The translations under genes were made by a program, and so were the position numbers. 64,000 bases of DNA from an uncultured Actinomycetota bacterium (lineage in GTDB: Bacteria; Actinomycetota; Actinomycetes; JAHEKZ01), in the NCBI GenBank assembly GCA_963743915.1, contig CAVURN010000002.1:728788-792787 (forward strand). Direction: 5' to 3'. Of the stretch, positions 10,626-23,490 are shown piece after piece (the stretch's first letter is position 1; every line of letters begins with the position of its first letter). The notes under the pieces were generated by a model, which was not told the origin of the DNA, did not search any database, and was given only the letters and a program-made list of their open reading frames with translations.

Positions 10626-11849
10626 TCAGGTGTCGGCGAGCAGCCGGCGGACGACCAGGTCGGCGAGCAGCCGACCTTGGGTGGTGAGGACCAGGCGTCC
10701 GGACGCCCAGGCGTCCGCCTGCAGCAGGCCCTCGGCCACCATGAGGGACGCCTCGGCGCTCCCCGCGTCGTCCAGGACGCCGGCCGCCATTCCCTCGCTG
10801 AGCCTCACTTCCAGCAGCACCCGCTCGACGCGTCGTGCCTCGGTGTCCAGCAGCTCGCGCGCGTGGGCCGGGCTGCTGCCCGACGCCAGCCGCTCTGCGT
10901 ACGCACGGGGGTGCTTGACGTTCCACCAGCGGACCCCGCCCACGTGGCTGTGCGCGCCAGGGCCGAAGCCCCACCAGTCGTCGCTGTGCCAGTAACCGAG
11001 GTTGTGCCGGCACTGCTGCGCGGTCGAACGCGCCCAGTTCGAGACCTCGTACCACTCGAGACCCGCCGCGGTCAGCAACTCGTCGGCCATCAGGTACATG
11101 TCCGCCTGGACATCGTCCTCGACCGGGGGCAGCTCGCCACGGGCGATGCGCCGGGCCAGTGCGGTCCCCTCCTCGACGATGAGCGCGTAGGCGCTGACAT
11201 GGTCGGGCTCAAGTGCGAGTGCGGTCTCGAGCGAGACGCGCCAGTCGTCCAAGGACTCGCCCGGAGTCCCGTAGATGAGATCGAGGCTGACGCTCTCGAA
11301 CCCTGCGGTGCGCGCGTCGCTCACAGCTTGTGCCACACGCCCCGGCGTATGGACGCGGTCGAGAGTCGCCAGGACGTGCGGCACCGCGCTCTGCATGCCG
11401 AACGAGATCCGGTTGATGCCCCCCGACCGGAGCACACGCAATGAGCTCTCGGTGACCGACTCGGGGTTCGCCTCGGTGGTGATTTCCACGTCGTCGGTGA
11501 AGCCGAACGCCTGGGCCAGGGCCTTCACCACGAGCAACTGGTCCTCGGCCGGGAGCAGGGTCGGCGTCCCGCCTCCGAAGAACACCGTGGCGAGCGGAGG
11601 CGCGTGCGGGACGACGCGTCGCGCCAGCTCGATCTCGGTCAGCACTGCTCCCACGTACTGCTGCTCCGTGGTGCCCTGCAGCTCACTGGCGGTGTACGTG
11701 TTGAAGTCGCAGTAGCCGCAGCGCGTGGCGCAGAACGGGACGTGGACGTACGCCCCGAAGGGACGGTCGCCCACCCGCCTCACCGCTTCGTCGGGCAGAC
11801 GCCCGTCAGCGGGTGCTGACTCCCCCTCGGGCAGGGTGCTGGGCATCAC
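10626..11849 (-). CDS. hemW: Radical SAM heme chaperone HemW
   Basis: YVHVPFCATRCGYCDF, GGGTPT, YEVSNW, HNLGYW; near lepA and hrcA. Confidence 0.93.
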   Translation of the reverse strand: MMPSTLPEGESAPADGRLPDEAVRRVGDRPFGAYVHVPFCATRCGYCDFNTYTASELQGTTEQQYVGAVLTEIELARRVVPHAPPLATVFFGGGTPTLLPAEDQLLVVKALAQAFGFTDDVEITTEANPESVTESSLRVLRSGGINRISFGMQSAVPHVLATLDRVHTPGRVAQAVSDARTAGFESVSLDLIYGTPGESLDDWRVSLETALALEPDHVSAYALIVEEGTALARRIARGELPPVEDDVQADMYLMADELLTAAGLEWYEVSNWARSTAQQCRHNLGYWHSDDWWGFGPGAHSHVGGVRWWNVKHPRAYAERLASGSSPAHARELLDTEARRVERVLLEVRLSEGMAAGVLDDAGSAEASLMVAEGLLQADAWASGRLVLTTQGRLLADLVVRRLLADT

Positions 11850-11865
11850 ATCAGTCTTTCACCGT

Positions 11866-11923
11866 CGAGTGCCGCGAAACCGGGCAAGGACGGCCAAGAA
11901 AGTCGCCGATTTCGCGCTTCTCG
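11866..11923. repeat. Imperfect intergenic palindrome (REP/MITE-like, type A)
   Basis: CGAGTGCCGCGAAACCGG ... CCGATTTCGCGCTTCTCG imperfect inverted arms. Confidence 0.45.
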
Positions 11924-11949
11924 CGGGCCGTACGGGCCAGGAACCCCCG

Positions 11950-12513
11950 CTAGACGGGGGTCGAGGCATCCGGGGGGAAGGCCGGGCCGTGTCCGGGAAT
12001 GATGCGAGCGGGTTCGAGCGCCAGGACGCGCTGGCGTGACGCGCGCAGCACGCCGGCATCCGGCGCGTACGGGTCGTCCAGCGGACCTGCCGCCGACCAC
12101 CAGAGATGAGTCAGCACCACGGTGCCGTTGCTGGTCTCGACCACCGTCGAGATGTCCTGCGGGGTGTGTCCGGGAGTCTCGAGCAGGGTGGTGCTTGGTC
12201 CCACCTGGAAGCCCTCGGCCGGGCGGTCCTCCCAGAGGTCACCGCGGTAGATCGCCTGGTGGTCGTGGAAGCGCGCGTTCGGGAAGAGTGCGGCGTGCAG
12301 CGTGTGGTCAGGGTGGTGGTGGCTGAACACGACGTCGGTGACGTCCTCGGCCGCGACGCCCAGCGCGGTGAGCGGATCGAGGATGAGACTGCGGTCGGCG
12401 ACCATGCCGGGGTCGACGACGATCACCGCGTCGCCGTCGCGGATGAAGGTGACGGTCCCGGCGACTCGTTCATCGGCGTACCCCTCGACGAGCACGTGCA
12501 CCGACGCGGCCAT
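11950..12513 (-). CDS. MBL fold metallo-hydrolase
   Basis: SHHHPDH, TPGHT, IIPGHG motifs; start MAASVHV. Confidence 0.9.
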   Translation of the reverse strand: MAASVHVLVEGYADERVAGTVTFIRDGDAVIVVDPGMVADRSLILDPLTALGVAAEDVTDVVFSHHHPDHTLHAALFPNARFHDHQAIYRGDLWEDRPAEGFQVGPSTTLLETPGHTPQDISTVVETSNGTVVLTHLWWSAAGPLDDPYAPDAGVLRASRQRVLALEPARIIPGHGPAFPPDASTPV

Positions 12514-14348
12514 CAGCGTCCTTCCTCGTACATCTGGTCGAGCAGCCCGGCGTACATGTTCTCGACCACCCGGCGCTTGACCTTCTGGCTCGGAGTGAGC
12601 TCTCCGGTCTCGACACTGAAGTCGTGGTCCATGACGCGGAAGCGCTTGATCGTCTCCCAGCGGTTGAGCGTCTTGTTCAAGTCGTCGACCTTCGTCTGGA
12701 TGAAGGCGTGAACGCGGGGGTCGGCGGTGAGTGCCGCGTAGTCGGCCTCGATGCCCTCTGACGCCGCCCACTGCCCCGCGACGTCCGGATCGAGGGTGAT
12801 CAGGGCACTCGCGAAGTTGCGCTTGTCGGCGTGCACCACGACGTGGGCAGCGATCGGACACAGCGCCTTGAGCCGCGCCTCGATGATCGACGGTGCGATG
12901 TACTTGCCGCCTGAGGTCTTGACCAGATCCTTCTTGCGGTCGGTGATGCGGACGCGGCCACCCTCGTCGATCTCGCCCACGTCGCCCGTCGAGAACCAGC
13001 CCTCGGCGTCCAGCACCTCCGCGGACTGCTCGGGCATGCCGTGGTAGCCGCGCATGACCCCGGGACCGCGCACCTGGATCTCGCCGTCCTCGGCGATTCG
13101 GATCTCGCTGCCCGGGAAGGGCTCCCCCACGGTGCCGAACCGCCAGTTGTGCGGGCGGTTGATGCAGGTGCCCGCGCTGGTCTCGGTGAGACCGTAGCCC
13201 TCGAGGACGAGGAGTCCCGCGGCGTGGAACCACTCGGCGACCTCACTGCTGAGCGCGGCGCTGCCCGACACGAGGTAGCGGATGCGGCCGCCCAGCCGCT
13301 CGCGAATCTTCTTGAAGACCAGCGCGTCGGCGATGGCGTACTGCAGCTTCAGGATTCCGACCGGCTCGAGCCCCTGCTGACGGCGTCGCGAGACCTGCTG
13401 CCCGATCGCAAACGCCCATTGCGCGATCGCGGCCTTGGCGCCACCCTCCCCGAGGGCGGTCTGGATCACGCGGGCGCGCACCTTCTCGAAGATGCGCGGC
13501 GCCCCTGCCATGAAGGTGGGCTGGACCTCGGCAAGGCCGTCGGCGATCTTGTCCACGCGCCCGTCGACGGCCGAGGCGAATCCGATCTCGAGCTGGGCTG
13601 CCAGCAGCACCTTGCCGAACGAGTGCGAGAGCGGCAGCCAGAGGAACTGCACGTCGTCGGGGGTCAGGATCTCGACCGCGTCGACACACGCCCCCTCGTA
13701 GGTCCAGCAGGACTGCGTCAGCTCGACGCCCTTGGGGCGTCCGGTGGTGCCGGAGGTGTAGATGAGAGTGGCGAGCTGGTCCGGCTCAATGGTCGAGATC
13801 ACCGCGTCGACAGCTCCCGGGTGCCGGCGCAGGTGGTCCGCGCCCGACCGCGCGAGCTCACGCCAGGACATGACCCAGTCACCGTCACCGTCACCATCGA
13901 CGAGGATGACCTTGTCGACGTCCGGAAGCTGGTCACGCACGCTCCGCAGCTTGGCGAGCTGGTCGGCGTCCTCGACGAACACGAACCGGCTGCCCGAGTT
14001 GGCGACGATGAACGCCACGTCCTCGGGCTCGGTCGAGGGGTAGACGGTGGTGGTCGCACCACCGGAGCACATGACCGCGAGGTCGGCGAGGATCCACTCG
14101 TAGCGCGTCGAGCAGATGATGGCGACGCGCTGCTCGTTCGACAGCCCGAGCGCCAGCAGACCTGCAGCCAGGTCGAAGGACTGGGCGCCTACCTGTTCCC
14201 AGGTGAGGGACTCCCAGCCGTGGTCAGTGGGGAAGCGCAGCGCCTCGCGTCGAGGGGACTTCTCGACCCGGTCCACCAGCATGCGCGCGACGGAGCGTGC
14301 CGGAGTGAGGTAGGTGGCCTCTGCGCTGCCGGTGATCGGCGCGGTCAT
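12513..14348 (-). CDS. Long-chain fatty acid-CoA ligase (AMP-binding)
   Basis: [30 protein letters not shown]. Confidence 0.93.
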   Translation of the reverse strand: MTAPITGSAEATYLTPARSVARMLVDRVEKSPRREALRFPTDHGWESLTWEQVGAQSFDLAAGLLALGLSNEQRVAIICSTRYEWILADLAVMCSGGATTTVYPSTEPEDVAFIVANSGSRFVFVEDADQLAKLRSVRDQLPDVDKVILVDGDGDGDWVMSWRELARSGADHLRRHPGAVDAVISTIEPDQLATLIYTSGTTGRPKGVELTQSCWTYEGACVDAVEILTPDDVQFLWLPLSHSFGKVLLAAQLEIGFASAVDGRVDKIADGLAEVQPTFMAGAPRIFEKVRARVIQTALGEGGAKAAIAQWAFAIGQQVSRRRQQGLEPVGILKLQYAIADALVFKKIRERLGGRIRYLVSGSAALSSEVAEWFHAAGLLVLEGYGLTETSAGTCINRPHNWRFGTVGEPFPGSEIRIAEDGEIQVRGPGVMRGYHGMPEQSAEVLDAEGWFSTGDVGEIDEGGRVRITDRKKDLVKTSGGKYIAPSIIEARLKALCPIAAHVVVHADKRNFASALITLDPDVAGQWAASEGIEADYAALTADPRVHAFIQTKVDDLNKTLNRWETIKRFRVMDHDFSVETGELTPSQKVKRRVVENMYAGLLDQMYEEGR

Positions 14349-14457
14349 GCGTCCTCCCCGTGATCGATGTGCCCAGCGTAGGGAGCAGCCGGCGTCCGCA
14401 CCACACCGGACACGGCAACACACAGTTCGACGGCGGCTGGACCCCCCGGCGACCTCA

Positions 14458-16313
<1,856 letters not shown>

Positions 16314-16370
16314 GCGGCTTCCTCGGGGTGGTCAGACGGGGGCTGGGGACGTCTCATCGTCCCACGTCGG

Positions 16371-16713
16371 TCAGCGTTCCCATCCCCACAGGTCGCGCAT
16401 CGCCCTCACGAGCAGTGGGGTGAGCGGAACCATCGGGAAGAGGAAGATGGCGAATCCGGCCCGCGCATGCCCCTCGGCCATCAGCAGCTGGACCAGAGCC
16501 GCCCACACCAGGAACACCGGCAGCAGCAGGATCCCGATCGTCCAGACGACCCGCACCGGGCGCGTGAAGCGTGGTGCCCGGTAGCGCGCCCACTGCTGCG
16601 GACCCAGGACGGACCTCGGGCGCCGTGAACGCAGCGGGCTCGACCTCCATGCCCGGTCGGAACGGTCGATACTGCTCCGCTCCGGCGGGCGGGGCATCCC
16701 CGTTCTGTCCCAT
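16371..16713 (-). CDS. Small hypothetical membrane protein (two TM helices), probable frameshift
   Basis: VVWTIGILLLPVFLVWAALV and FAIFLFPMVPL hydrophobic segments. Confidence 0.5.
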
Positions 16714-16882
16714 GGGACAGGTATCGGCTCCGCCGACCACCCTCCTGAAGGCCCCGTCCCCGCGTTCGGCCCGGTTTGGAGGGGGGCGGCACCCGCCGGT
16801 AGCCTAGGAGTTTGTGCGACCAGGCGCCGCACGCGTCGTCGCACGTTCCACGCACCCAGACCAGATCCGAGGCAACCGCACC

Positions 16883-17146
16883 GTGGCGAACATCAAGTCC
16901 CAGATCAAGCGGAACCGGCAGAACCAGAAGGCCACCGACCGCAACAAGGCCGTGAAGTCTGAGTTCAAGACCGCGATCCGCAAGTTCCGCGAGGCAGCCG
17001 ACGCCGGCGACCGCGCACAGGCTGAGGCGCTCATGAGGAACGCCGCCCAGCTCGTCGACAAGGCCGCGGGCAAGGGCGTGATCCACGCCAACCAGGCGGC
17101 GAACAAGAAGGCGCGGATGGCGTCCCGCCTGGCTCAGGTCTCCTGA
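16883..17146 (+). CDS. rpsT: 30S ribosomal protein S20
   Basis: [13 protein letters not shown] ... [13 protein letters not shown]. Confidence 0.97.
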   Translation: MANIKSQIKRNRQNQKATDRNKAVKSEFKTAIRKFREAADAGDRAQAEALMRNAAQLVDKAAGKGVIHANQAANKKARMASRLAQVS

Positions 17147-17180
17147 CCCTTCCGCAGCAACGCCGACCGGGTCGGCACCT

Positions 17181-17207
17181 CGAGGGCCGCGCAACGCGCG
17201 GCCCTCG
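17181..17207. terminator. GC-rich hairpin after rpsT (putative terminator)
   Basis: CGAGGGCCGCGC-AAC-GCGCGGCCCTCG perfect 12-bp stem between convergent genes, no U-tract. Confidence 0.6.
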
Positions 17208-17218
17208 CTCATGTCCGG

Positions 17219-17271
17219 GTGATGGGTGCGGCGATCCCTTCGATCAATGCAGGCGGTGTCACACCGCACCC
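17219..17271. repeat. Dispersed 53-bp repeat, type B copy 1
   Basis: 49/53 identical to 33463-33515; GGGTGCGG...CCGCACCC inverted ends. Confidence 0.85.
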
Positions 17272-17285
17272 CCAGGGGGTGCGGC

Positions 17286-18279
17286 TCAGTGGAGACGGCG
17301 GGCCCGGCCCACGGCGATCAGCATCCGCTCCAACGCGTACTCGGGGTCGACGGCTCCCGGTCTTGACATCGGAGTCGGCCACCGCCACCGCCTTGATCGC
17401 GACCCCGAGACCTTGCTCGCTCCAGTCACGGGCCAGACCCCGGAGGTTCTTCACCTTCCAGGACGGGGCGCCGGAGAGGGTCGCCACCGAGTCGGCGCCC
17501 GCGCCGCGCGGGGCGGTCGCCACCAGGGCCAGCTGCCGGAGCGAGCGACCCAGGGCGGCGGTCACGAGCACTGCCGGGACGCCGGACTCCCGCGCGTGGC
17601 GGAGCAGGCCGAGCGCCTGAGCGGTTCGGCCTGCCAGCACCTGGTCGGCGATGTCGAAGCCCTGCACCTCGACGCGTCCGCCGTAGTAGCGGCGGACGGT
17701 CTCCTCCTCCAGCCGACCCCCCGCGCCCAGGTCGCTGACCAGCTGCGCGCATGCCCCTGAGAGGTCGCGGAGCTTGGTGCCCACGGCGTCGATGAGCACC
17801 TCGACGGCGACCGCCTCAGCGCGGCAGCCGTGCTCGGCCAGCTCGGCCTTGACGAACGAGACCCGGTTCTGCCTCAGCGGCCCCGCGCCCGTCGGCGAGG
17901 TGGGGGTCGCCACCGTCTGGGCCCCGGCCTTCTTCGCCGCTGTCAGTACCGCTTTGCCCCCGTTGCCCCCGCCATGGACGAGGACCACCACGGCGTCCTC
18001 GCTGGGTGCAGCCAGGTAGGCCATGACCTCGTCGACGGCATCGGCTACGTCCGGGTTCGACTGGACGAGCGCCTCGATGCCCGTCACGACGACCACGGGG
18101 GCGCCGCCGAAGAGCGAGGGGGACGTCGCGACGGCCAGCTGGCCGGACTGCAGGCCCCGGGCGGTGAGCTCGATGACCTCGGCGTCCGGCCCGCCCGCCT
18201 CGGCGACGATCGCCTTCAGCGCACGCTCGACCAGCAGCTCTTCGTTGCCGGTGATCACGGTGAGGGGTGCGACGGTCAT
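17286..18279 (-). CDS. holA: DNA polymerase III delta subunit, frameshift near C-terminus
   Basis: GNEELLVERA, SPSLFG, QLVSD, PSWKV, DSDVK; position between comEC and rpsT. Confidence 0.9.
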
Positions 18280-18316
18280 CGCGGTCAGCATCCCAGACGC
18301 CGCCGACGGCACGGGC

Positions 18317-20590
18317 TCAGGGCAGGACCTGCACCCGCAGTCCGTCGTCGCCGGTCACGACCGCCACGGTGCCCTCGGTGTCGGTGCGGACCACGAGCAT
18401 GCCCGACCCCGCCAAGGCGTCGATCAGCTCCGGCGCCGGGTGCCCGTACGGGTTGTCCTCCCCCGCGCTGACGACCGCGACTCGGGCGCCGGTCGCCGCC
18501 AGGAACTGCTCATCCTGGAACCGCGAGCCGTGGTGCGGCACCTTCAGCAGGTCGACCTGCGGCACGCGGTCCGACGCCACCAGCGCCGCCTGGGCGGGCG
18601 GTTCCACGTCGCCGGTCAGCAGCATCCGCACTCCGCCCACCTCGACCAGCAGAACGACGCTCGCGTTGTTCGGCGGCGAGCCCTCGCTCGGCGGAGCCGG
18701 ATCGGGCCACAGGACGCGCCACGTCGCGTCGCCGACGCTGCCACGTTGCCCGGGTGCCGCCTCGACCACGGGGAGCTCCTCGGTCCAACGGGCGACCTCG
18801 CTCACCTGCTCCGGCGGGTCACGCAGGGGGCTGACCAGCACGCTGCCGACGTCACGGCCGTCCAGGACGCCGGGCACCCCTGCCACATGGTCGGCGTGGA
18901 AGTGCGTCAGGACCAGCAGGGGCACGTGCTCGACGCCGAGCCGGTCCAGGCACCGGTCGACGAGTGCGGCGTCCGGCCCGGCATCGACGACCAGGGCCGA
19001 GCTCTCGGCGACCCGCACCGCGAGGGCGTCGCCCTGCCCCACATCGCAGGCGACCAGCACCCACCCCGGTGGCGGCCACCGACCGGGACCGAGCAGGTAG
19101 GCCACGAGCAGTGCTGCCGACAGGGTCGCGGCGACCACCATTCGTCGGGGACGCCACCACCCACGCCGACGACCGGCGCGGATCGCCAACACGGCACTGC
19201 CGATCAGCACGAGCGCCAGCACGGCACCCGCCCAACTCTCCGGCCAGGGCAGCGTCGCGACCGGCGCCGACGCCGTCCGGTGGGCGACCACGGCGATCCA
19301 CTCCGTCGGCCACTGCGCCAGCCAGGCGCACGCGCCAGCCACCGGGGGTGCGACGGGCGACGCAGCGGCCGCCGCGGCTCCGAGGACGGTGGCGGGCGCC
19401 ACCGCGGGCGCCGCAAGCAGGTTCGCCACCACGGACAGCACCGCCACCTGGCCTGACAGCGCCACCACCAGAGGCAGCGTCGCCACCTGGGCGGCCATGG
19501 CCACACCCACGCCGTCGCGCACCGGGTCGGGCAGCCACTCCGGCAGGGCCGCGGACCAGCGACGGGCCAGCATGACCAGTCCGGCGGTGGCCGCCACCGA
19601 GAGCGCAAACCCCCAAGAACGCGCCAGCCACGGGTCGGCGAGCAGCAGCACCATGACGGACGCCAGCAGCGCCCGCACCGCTTGGCCGCGGCCCGCGACG
19701 GCGACCCCGATCAGGGCGACCGAGCCCATGACCGCTGCGCGCAGCACACTGGGCTGGGGTCTGGCCAGGAGCACGAACCAGACCACCAGTGCCAGGCCGA
19801 TCCCCACGAGCGCGTACCCGCGCACGCGCAGCCACCGGGCGAGCAGCAGACCGGCGCCCACGACGATTGCGACATTTGCCCCCGACACCGCAGTCAGGTG
19901 CGCTAGACCGCTGTCCCGAAGGTCGGCGACCAGCATCGACGGCAGTGCGCCGGTGTCGCCGACCACCAATGCTGGCAGCAGACCCTGGGCGTCAGCACCC
20001 AGACCGACGACGGCGCGGCGGAGCCCGCTGCGCATGTTCTCGGCTCCGCGGAGCACGGGGGACTCATCGCGCAGGTGTTCGGGAGCGTCGTCGGTGAACA
20101 GGTAGGCGGCCAATGGACGCACGGACGGGGCGGGGCGCAGCGAGCCGCCCAGGCCCACCCTGTCTCCCAGGCGCAGGTCCTCCCATCCCCCGCCGTCACC
20201 CACGGCGAGCACCGGTGTCCGCAGCGCAATGGCCTCGCCACCCGACCGTGCCTCGCGCACCATCAGCTCGACGCGCACCTGCCGGGCGTCCGCTGCACCG
20301 AACGAGGCACGATCGACGAGCTCGGGGTCAGAGGTCAGGACAGCCTCGATGTCGACGTGCCGCGACTGCTCCGCCCATTCGACGAACGGCGCGGCGTCCA
20401 GCTGTGCGACACGGAGCGCCATCGAAGCTGCACCGACGGCGAGCATGACCAGCATCAGACGTGGGAGAGGGCCGAGCCTGGCCCGTCCCGCCAGTCCGCC
20501 GAGCGCGAGCGCCGAAGCGACCGCCGCCACCGGGGCAGGCGGGGCCAACGGCGCCAGCCACGCTCCGACCCACAGGGCGAGTGCGGGCAT
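18317..20590 (-). CDS. comEC: ComEC/Rec2 competence protein
   Basis: HLTAVSGAN, PSVLRAAVM, DVGQGD, THFHADH, KVPHHGS, NPYGHP; start approximate. Confidence 0.93.
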   Translation of the reverse strand: MPALALWVGAWLAPLAPPAPVAAVASALALGGLAGRARLGPLPRLMLVMLAVGAASMALRVAQLDAAPFVEWAEQSRHVDIEAVLTSDPELVDRASFGAADARQVRVELMVREARSGGEAIALRTPVLAVGDGGGWEDLRLGDRVGLGGSLRPAPSVRPLAAYLFTDDAPEHLRDESPVLRGAENMRSGLRRAVVGLGADAQGLLPALVVGDTGALPSMLVADLRDSGLAHLTAVSGANVAIVVGAGLLLARWLRVRGYALVGIGLALVVWFVLLARPQPSVLRAAVMGSVALIGVAVAGRGQAVRALLASVMVLLLADPWLARSWGFALSVAATAGLVMLARRWSAALPEWLPDPVRDGVGVAMAAQVATLPLVVALSGQVAVLSVVANLLAAPAVAPATVLGAAAAAASPVAPPVAGACAWLAQWPTEWIAVVAHRTASAPVATLPWPESWAGAVLALVLIGSAVLAIRAGRRRGWWRPRRMVVAATLSAALLVAYLLGPGRWPPPGWVLVACDVGQGDALAVRVAESSALVVDAGPDAALVDRCLDRLGVEHVPLLVLTHFHADHVAGVPGVLDGRDVGSVLVSPLRDPPEQVSEVARWTEELPVVEAAPGQRGSVGDATWRVLWPDPAPPSEGSPPNNASVVLLVEVGGVRMLLTGDVEPPAQAALVASDRVPQVDLLKVPHHGSRFQDEQFLAATGARVAVVSAGEDNPYGHPAPELIDALAGSGMLVVRTDTEGTVAVVTGDDGLRVQVLP

Positions 20591-20625
20591 GAGGAGCCGC
20601 AGGTCGCGCGGTGTCTCGGACGGCG

Positions 20626-21465
20626 TCAGAGCCGGACCAGCGGCGCGAGCTCGGCATACGTGGCGGGGCCGATGCCGGAGACTTCCTGCAGCTGCTCGAT
20701 GGACGAAAACCCACCGTTCTGCGTCCGCCACTCGACGATCGCGGCCGCCAGCACCGGACCGATGCCGGGCAAGGTGTCGAGCTCGGTCTCGGCCGCGGTG
20801 TTGATGCTCACCAGTCCTGCTCCGGGGTCCACACCGCTGGGCATGGACGGGGAGGAACCGGGGGTCACCACGCCGGGGAGCGGGCTCGCGGGGTCCCCAC
20901 GTGAGGGGACGATGACCTGCTCACCGTCCACCAGCGGCTTCGCCAGGTTCAACGGCCCGGTGTCGGCCCCTCGGGCCAGCCCACCCGACGCTTCGATCGC
21001 GTCGACGACCCGCGATCCTCCCGGCAGCTCGACCACGCCAGGTCTGCGCACGCGTCCGTCGACGTCGACGACGACCACCGAGTCCTGTCCCTCGACCGAC
21101 GGTGACGTCGGCTCCACCAGGACGTTCTGACCCGTAGCCTTCATCCCTTCCGACGCCGGGGGCGCGGCCTCGCCGCGGGGCCACCCCAGCACGACGACCA
21201 CCAACCCGCCGGCGACCGCTGCCAGCCCCAGCGACGCCAGAGCGCGCAGTGCGGAGGCGTCCAGGCGCCACTCGCGCTGCTCACGCTCGGGCAGGGTGTG
21301 TCGACCCGCCGTTGAGGCTGCACCGGGCGGCACCTGGCCGTCCGGTGCTACCGGCCGGGCGCTCGCGATCGCCTCGTCGACATCGGTCGCGGTCGGCACC
21401 CACCCCGGGGTGAGAGCGCGCAGGCGGTCGCGGGCCGTCTGTGCCTCGGATCGGGAACGGAGCAT
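20626..21465 (-). CDS. comEA: ComEA DNA-binding protein
   Basis: TM helix, SLBB (VDVDGRVRRPG), HhH LPGIGP and VSGIGP. Confidence 0.93.
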   Translation of the reverse strand: MLRSRSEAQTARDRLRALTPGWVPTATDVDEAIASARPVAPDGQVPPGAASTAGRHTLPEREQREWRLDASALRALASLGLAAVAGGLVVVVLGWPRGEAAPPASEGMKATGQNVLVEPTSPSVEGQDSVVVVDVDGRVRRPGVVELPGGSRVVDAIEASGGLARGADTGPLNLAKPLVDGEQVIVPSRGDPASPLPGVVTPGSSPSMPSGVDPGAGLVSINTAAETELDTLPGIGPVLAAAIVEWRTQNGGFSSIEQLQEVSGIGPATYAELAPLVRL

Positions 21466-21516
21466 GCGCAGACGCTAGGTGCGCGAGCGTGCCTCCGTCG
21501 GGCGCGTGTCGTGAAC

Positions 21517-21550
21517 TGGGGACAACCGACCGCCACCCGGTTGGGGACAG
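21517..21550 (-). promoter_or_regulatory. Two DnaA-box-like 9-mers upstream of comEA
   Basis: Minus strand CTGTCCCCA (21550-21542) and TTGTCCCCA (21525-21517) versus TTGTCCACA; -10 TAGCGT at 21472-21477. Confidence 0.4.
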
Positions 21551-21556
21551 CGAGCG

Positions 21557-21922
21557 TCAGCGCGCCTCGAACAGCTCGACCGGGTTGCCGGCCGGATCGT
21601 CGCAGAGGATCTGACGTCCGCCGGGTCCGGTCAGCACGTCGTTGCGCATCGACACCCCCGCGTCCCGTAGTCGCGCCACGACAGCGTCCAGGTCATCCAT
21701 CTCGAGCACGAGGCGGTTCCAGCCTCCCGGCTGCGGCTGTCGTCCATCGGGCATCGGCTGGGACGCCGAGGCCGCGGGCCCCGCCACCCACAGGGTCAGG
21801 TCCTGGCGTCGGAGGATGGCCATCGCCGGTCCGTACTGCTGCTCGACGGTAAAGCCGAGATGGTCGCGGTAGAACGCCACGGAGGCGTCCACGTCATCCA
21901 CCAGGTAGCGCACGACGGCCAT
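21557..21922 (-). CDS. VOC / glyoxalase family protein
   Basis: MAVVRYLVDDVDASVAFY, PGGWNR, DPAGNPVELF. Confidence 0.9.
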   Translation of the reverse strand: MAVVRYLVDDVDASVAFYRDHLGFTVEQQYGPAMAILRRQDLTLWVAGPAASASQPMPDGRQPQPGGWNRLVLEMDDLDAVVARLRDAGVSMRNDVLTGPGGRQILCDDPAGNPVELFEAR

Positions 21923-22646
21923 GAGGGTCTCCCGTCGTTCGGTCAGATCGCCTGCGATCTTGCCAGTGTTCCCGCGAGCGCTCCAGCGGCTGCGGCGCGA
22001 GGCCGATCCACTGAGGGTGCGCCCCTGGATCGCTCTCCTGCTCATCGCCGGCTCGTTGGCCGCCGCGGTGCGCCACGTGATGGGGCACCGACACCCGATC
22101 CTCATCCCTCTTCTGCTGGTTCCCGCTCTCGTGCTGGGCTGGACGGAGTGGCAGTGGCGCCACGACCAGGCCACGTTCTCGGCGGTGGCCACCGAGATCG
22201 CCGGACGGCCGGTGAACATCGAGTGCCAGCGGTTCGGCGGTGCGCTGCTCGACGTGACCGCTGAGCTCGGGTACGTCCAGTTCGACGCGTCCGGCCGCCC
22301 CTCCGACACCGGTCGGCTCGAGCGCACCGCGTGCTCCAACCTCCGCGACTACCTGCACGGGGACCAGGCCACTCCGACGCTCGACCAGGTCATCGCGGTG
22401 CAGGTGCTCGCCCATGAGTCGTACCACCTCGCCGGCAGCAGGATCGAGTCGGAGGCGGAGTGCAAGGCGATGCAGCGGCTCGAGGACGTCGCCGGGTGGC
22501 TCGGAGCGACACCGTCTCAGGCGCGTTCGCTGGCAGACCGCTACTCGGTGGACGTCTACCCCCGCATGCCTTCGGCTTACCGGACGGCCGACTGTGTCGA
22601 CGGCGGGCCGCTGGACCTGGCTCCCGAGGATCCGACCTGGCCGTGA
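21921..22646 (+). CDS. Hypothetical membrane protein with HEXXH motif (true start probably downstream)
   Basis: Two TM helices then LAHESYHLAG..ESEAEC. Confidence 0.7.
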   Translation: MRVSRRSVRSPAILPVFPRALQRLRREADPLRVRPWIALLLIAGSLAAAVRHVMGHRHPILIPLLLVPALVLGWTEWQWRHDQATFSAVATEIAGRPVNIECQRFGGALLDVTAELGYVQFDASGRPSDTGRLERTACSNLRDYLHGDQATPTLDQVIAVQVLAHESYHLAGSRIESEAECKAMQRLEDVAGWLGATPSQARSLADRYSVDVYPRMPSAYRTADCVDGGPLDLAPEDPTWP

Positions 22647-22647
22647 G

Positions 22648-23490
22648 CTAGCGCGGGCAGATCGCGACGGCGATCATCCCCGGGCCTACGTGCGCGCCCA
22701 CGACGGCGCCGACCTCGCCGACCGTGACAGCGACGGCACCACCGGCACTGCCCTGAATCCGGGCCGCCAGCGACTGTGCCCGCTCGGCATTCGCCAGGTG
22801 CTGCACCGCGACGTCGGCCGCCCCGTCGCCGACCCGCTCGATGGTGAGCTCCTCCAGCCGCGCCAGCGCGCGGGACGTCGTGCGCACCTTCTCGAGAGGT
22901 GTCACGTTGCCGTCGACGAGGTGCAGCAGCGGCTTCACCGACAGCGCCGACCCGACGAGCGCTGCCGCCTTCCCGATCCGTCCGCCACGCCGCAGGTACT
23001 CGAGCGTGTCGACGTAGAACAGCACGGTGGACGCGGCACTGCGCGTCCGCGCGATCTCCTCGACCGTCGCGGCGTCCGCCCCTGAGGCCGCCGCCTGCGC
23101 CGCCGCAAGTACCGGGAACCCGAGCCCCATGCCGATGGACCGGCTGTCGACGACATGCACCGGGGTCGAGACCTCTTTCGCGGCCAGCTCGGCGGACTCC
23201 ACCGTGGCCGACATCGCCCCCGAGAGGTGCACCGAGACGATCTCGTCGGCGCCCTCGAGCGCCAGCTGCTGGTAGGCGTCCACGAATGCAGACGGGGAGG
23301 GGCGTGAGGTGGAGATCGGACGCCACTCGCGCAGCGCCTCGGCGATGTCGGTCGAGGACACGGCCGTCTCGTCGAAGGTCTCACCACCGACCACGACCTG
23401 AACCGGGACGATCGTCACACCGGCTGCATCCGCCTGTGCCTGCGGCAGGTAGGCGGTGGAGTCGGTGACGACCGCGACCGACGGGCTCAC
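22648..23490 (-). CDS. DegV family fatty acid-binding protein
   Basis: [31 protein letters not shown]. Confidence 0.93.
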   Translation of the reverse strand: MSPSVAVVTDSTAYLPQAQADAAGVTIVPVQVVVGGETFDETAVSSTDIAEALREWRPISTSRPSPSAFVDAYQQLALEGADEIVSVHLSGAMSATVESAELAAKEVSTPVHVVDSRSIGMGLGFPVLAAAQAAASGADAATVEEIARTRSAASTVLFYVDTLEYLRRGGRIGKAAALVGSALSVKPLLHLVDGNVTPLEKVRTTSRALARLEELTIERVGDGAADVAVQHLANAERAQSLAARIQGSAGGAVAVTVGEVGAVVGAHVGPGMIAVAICPR

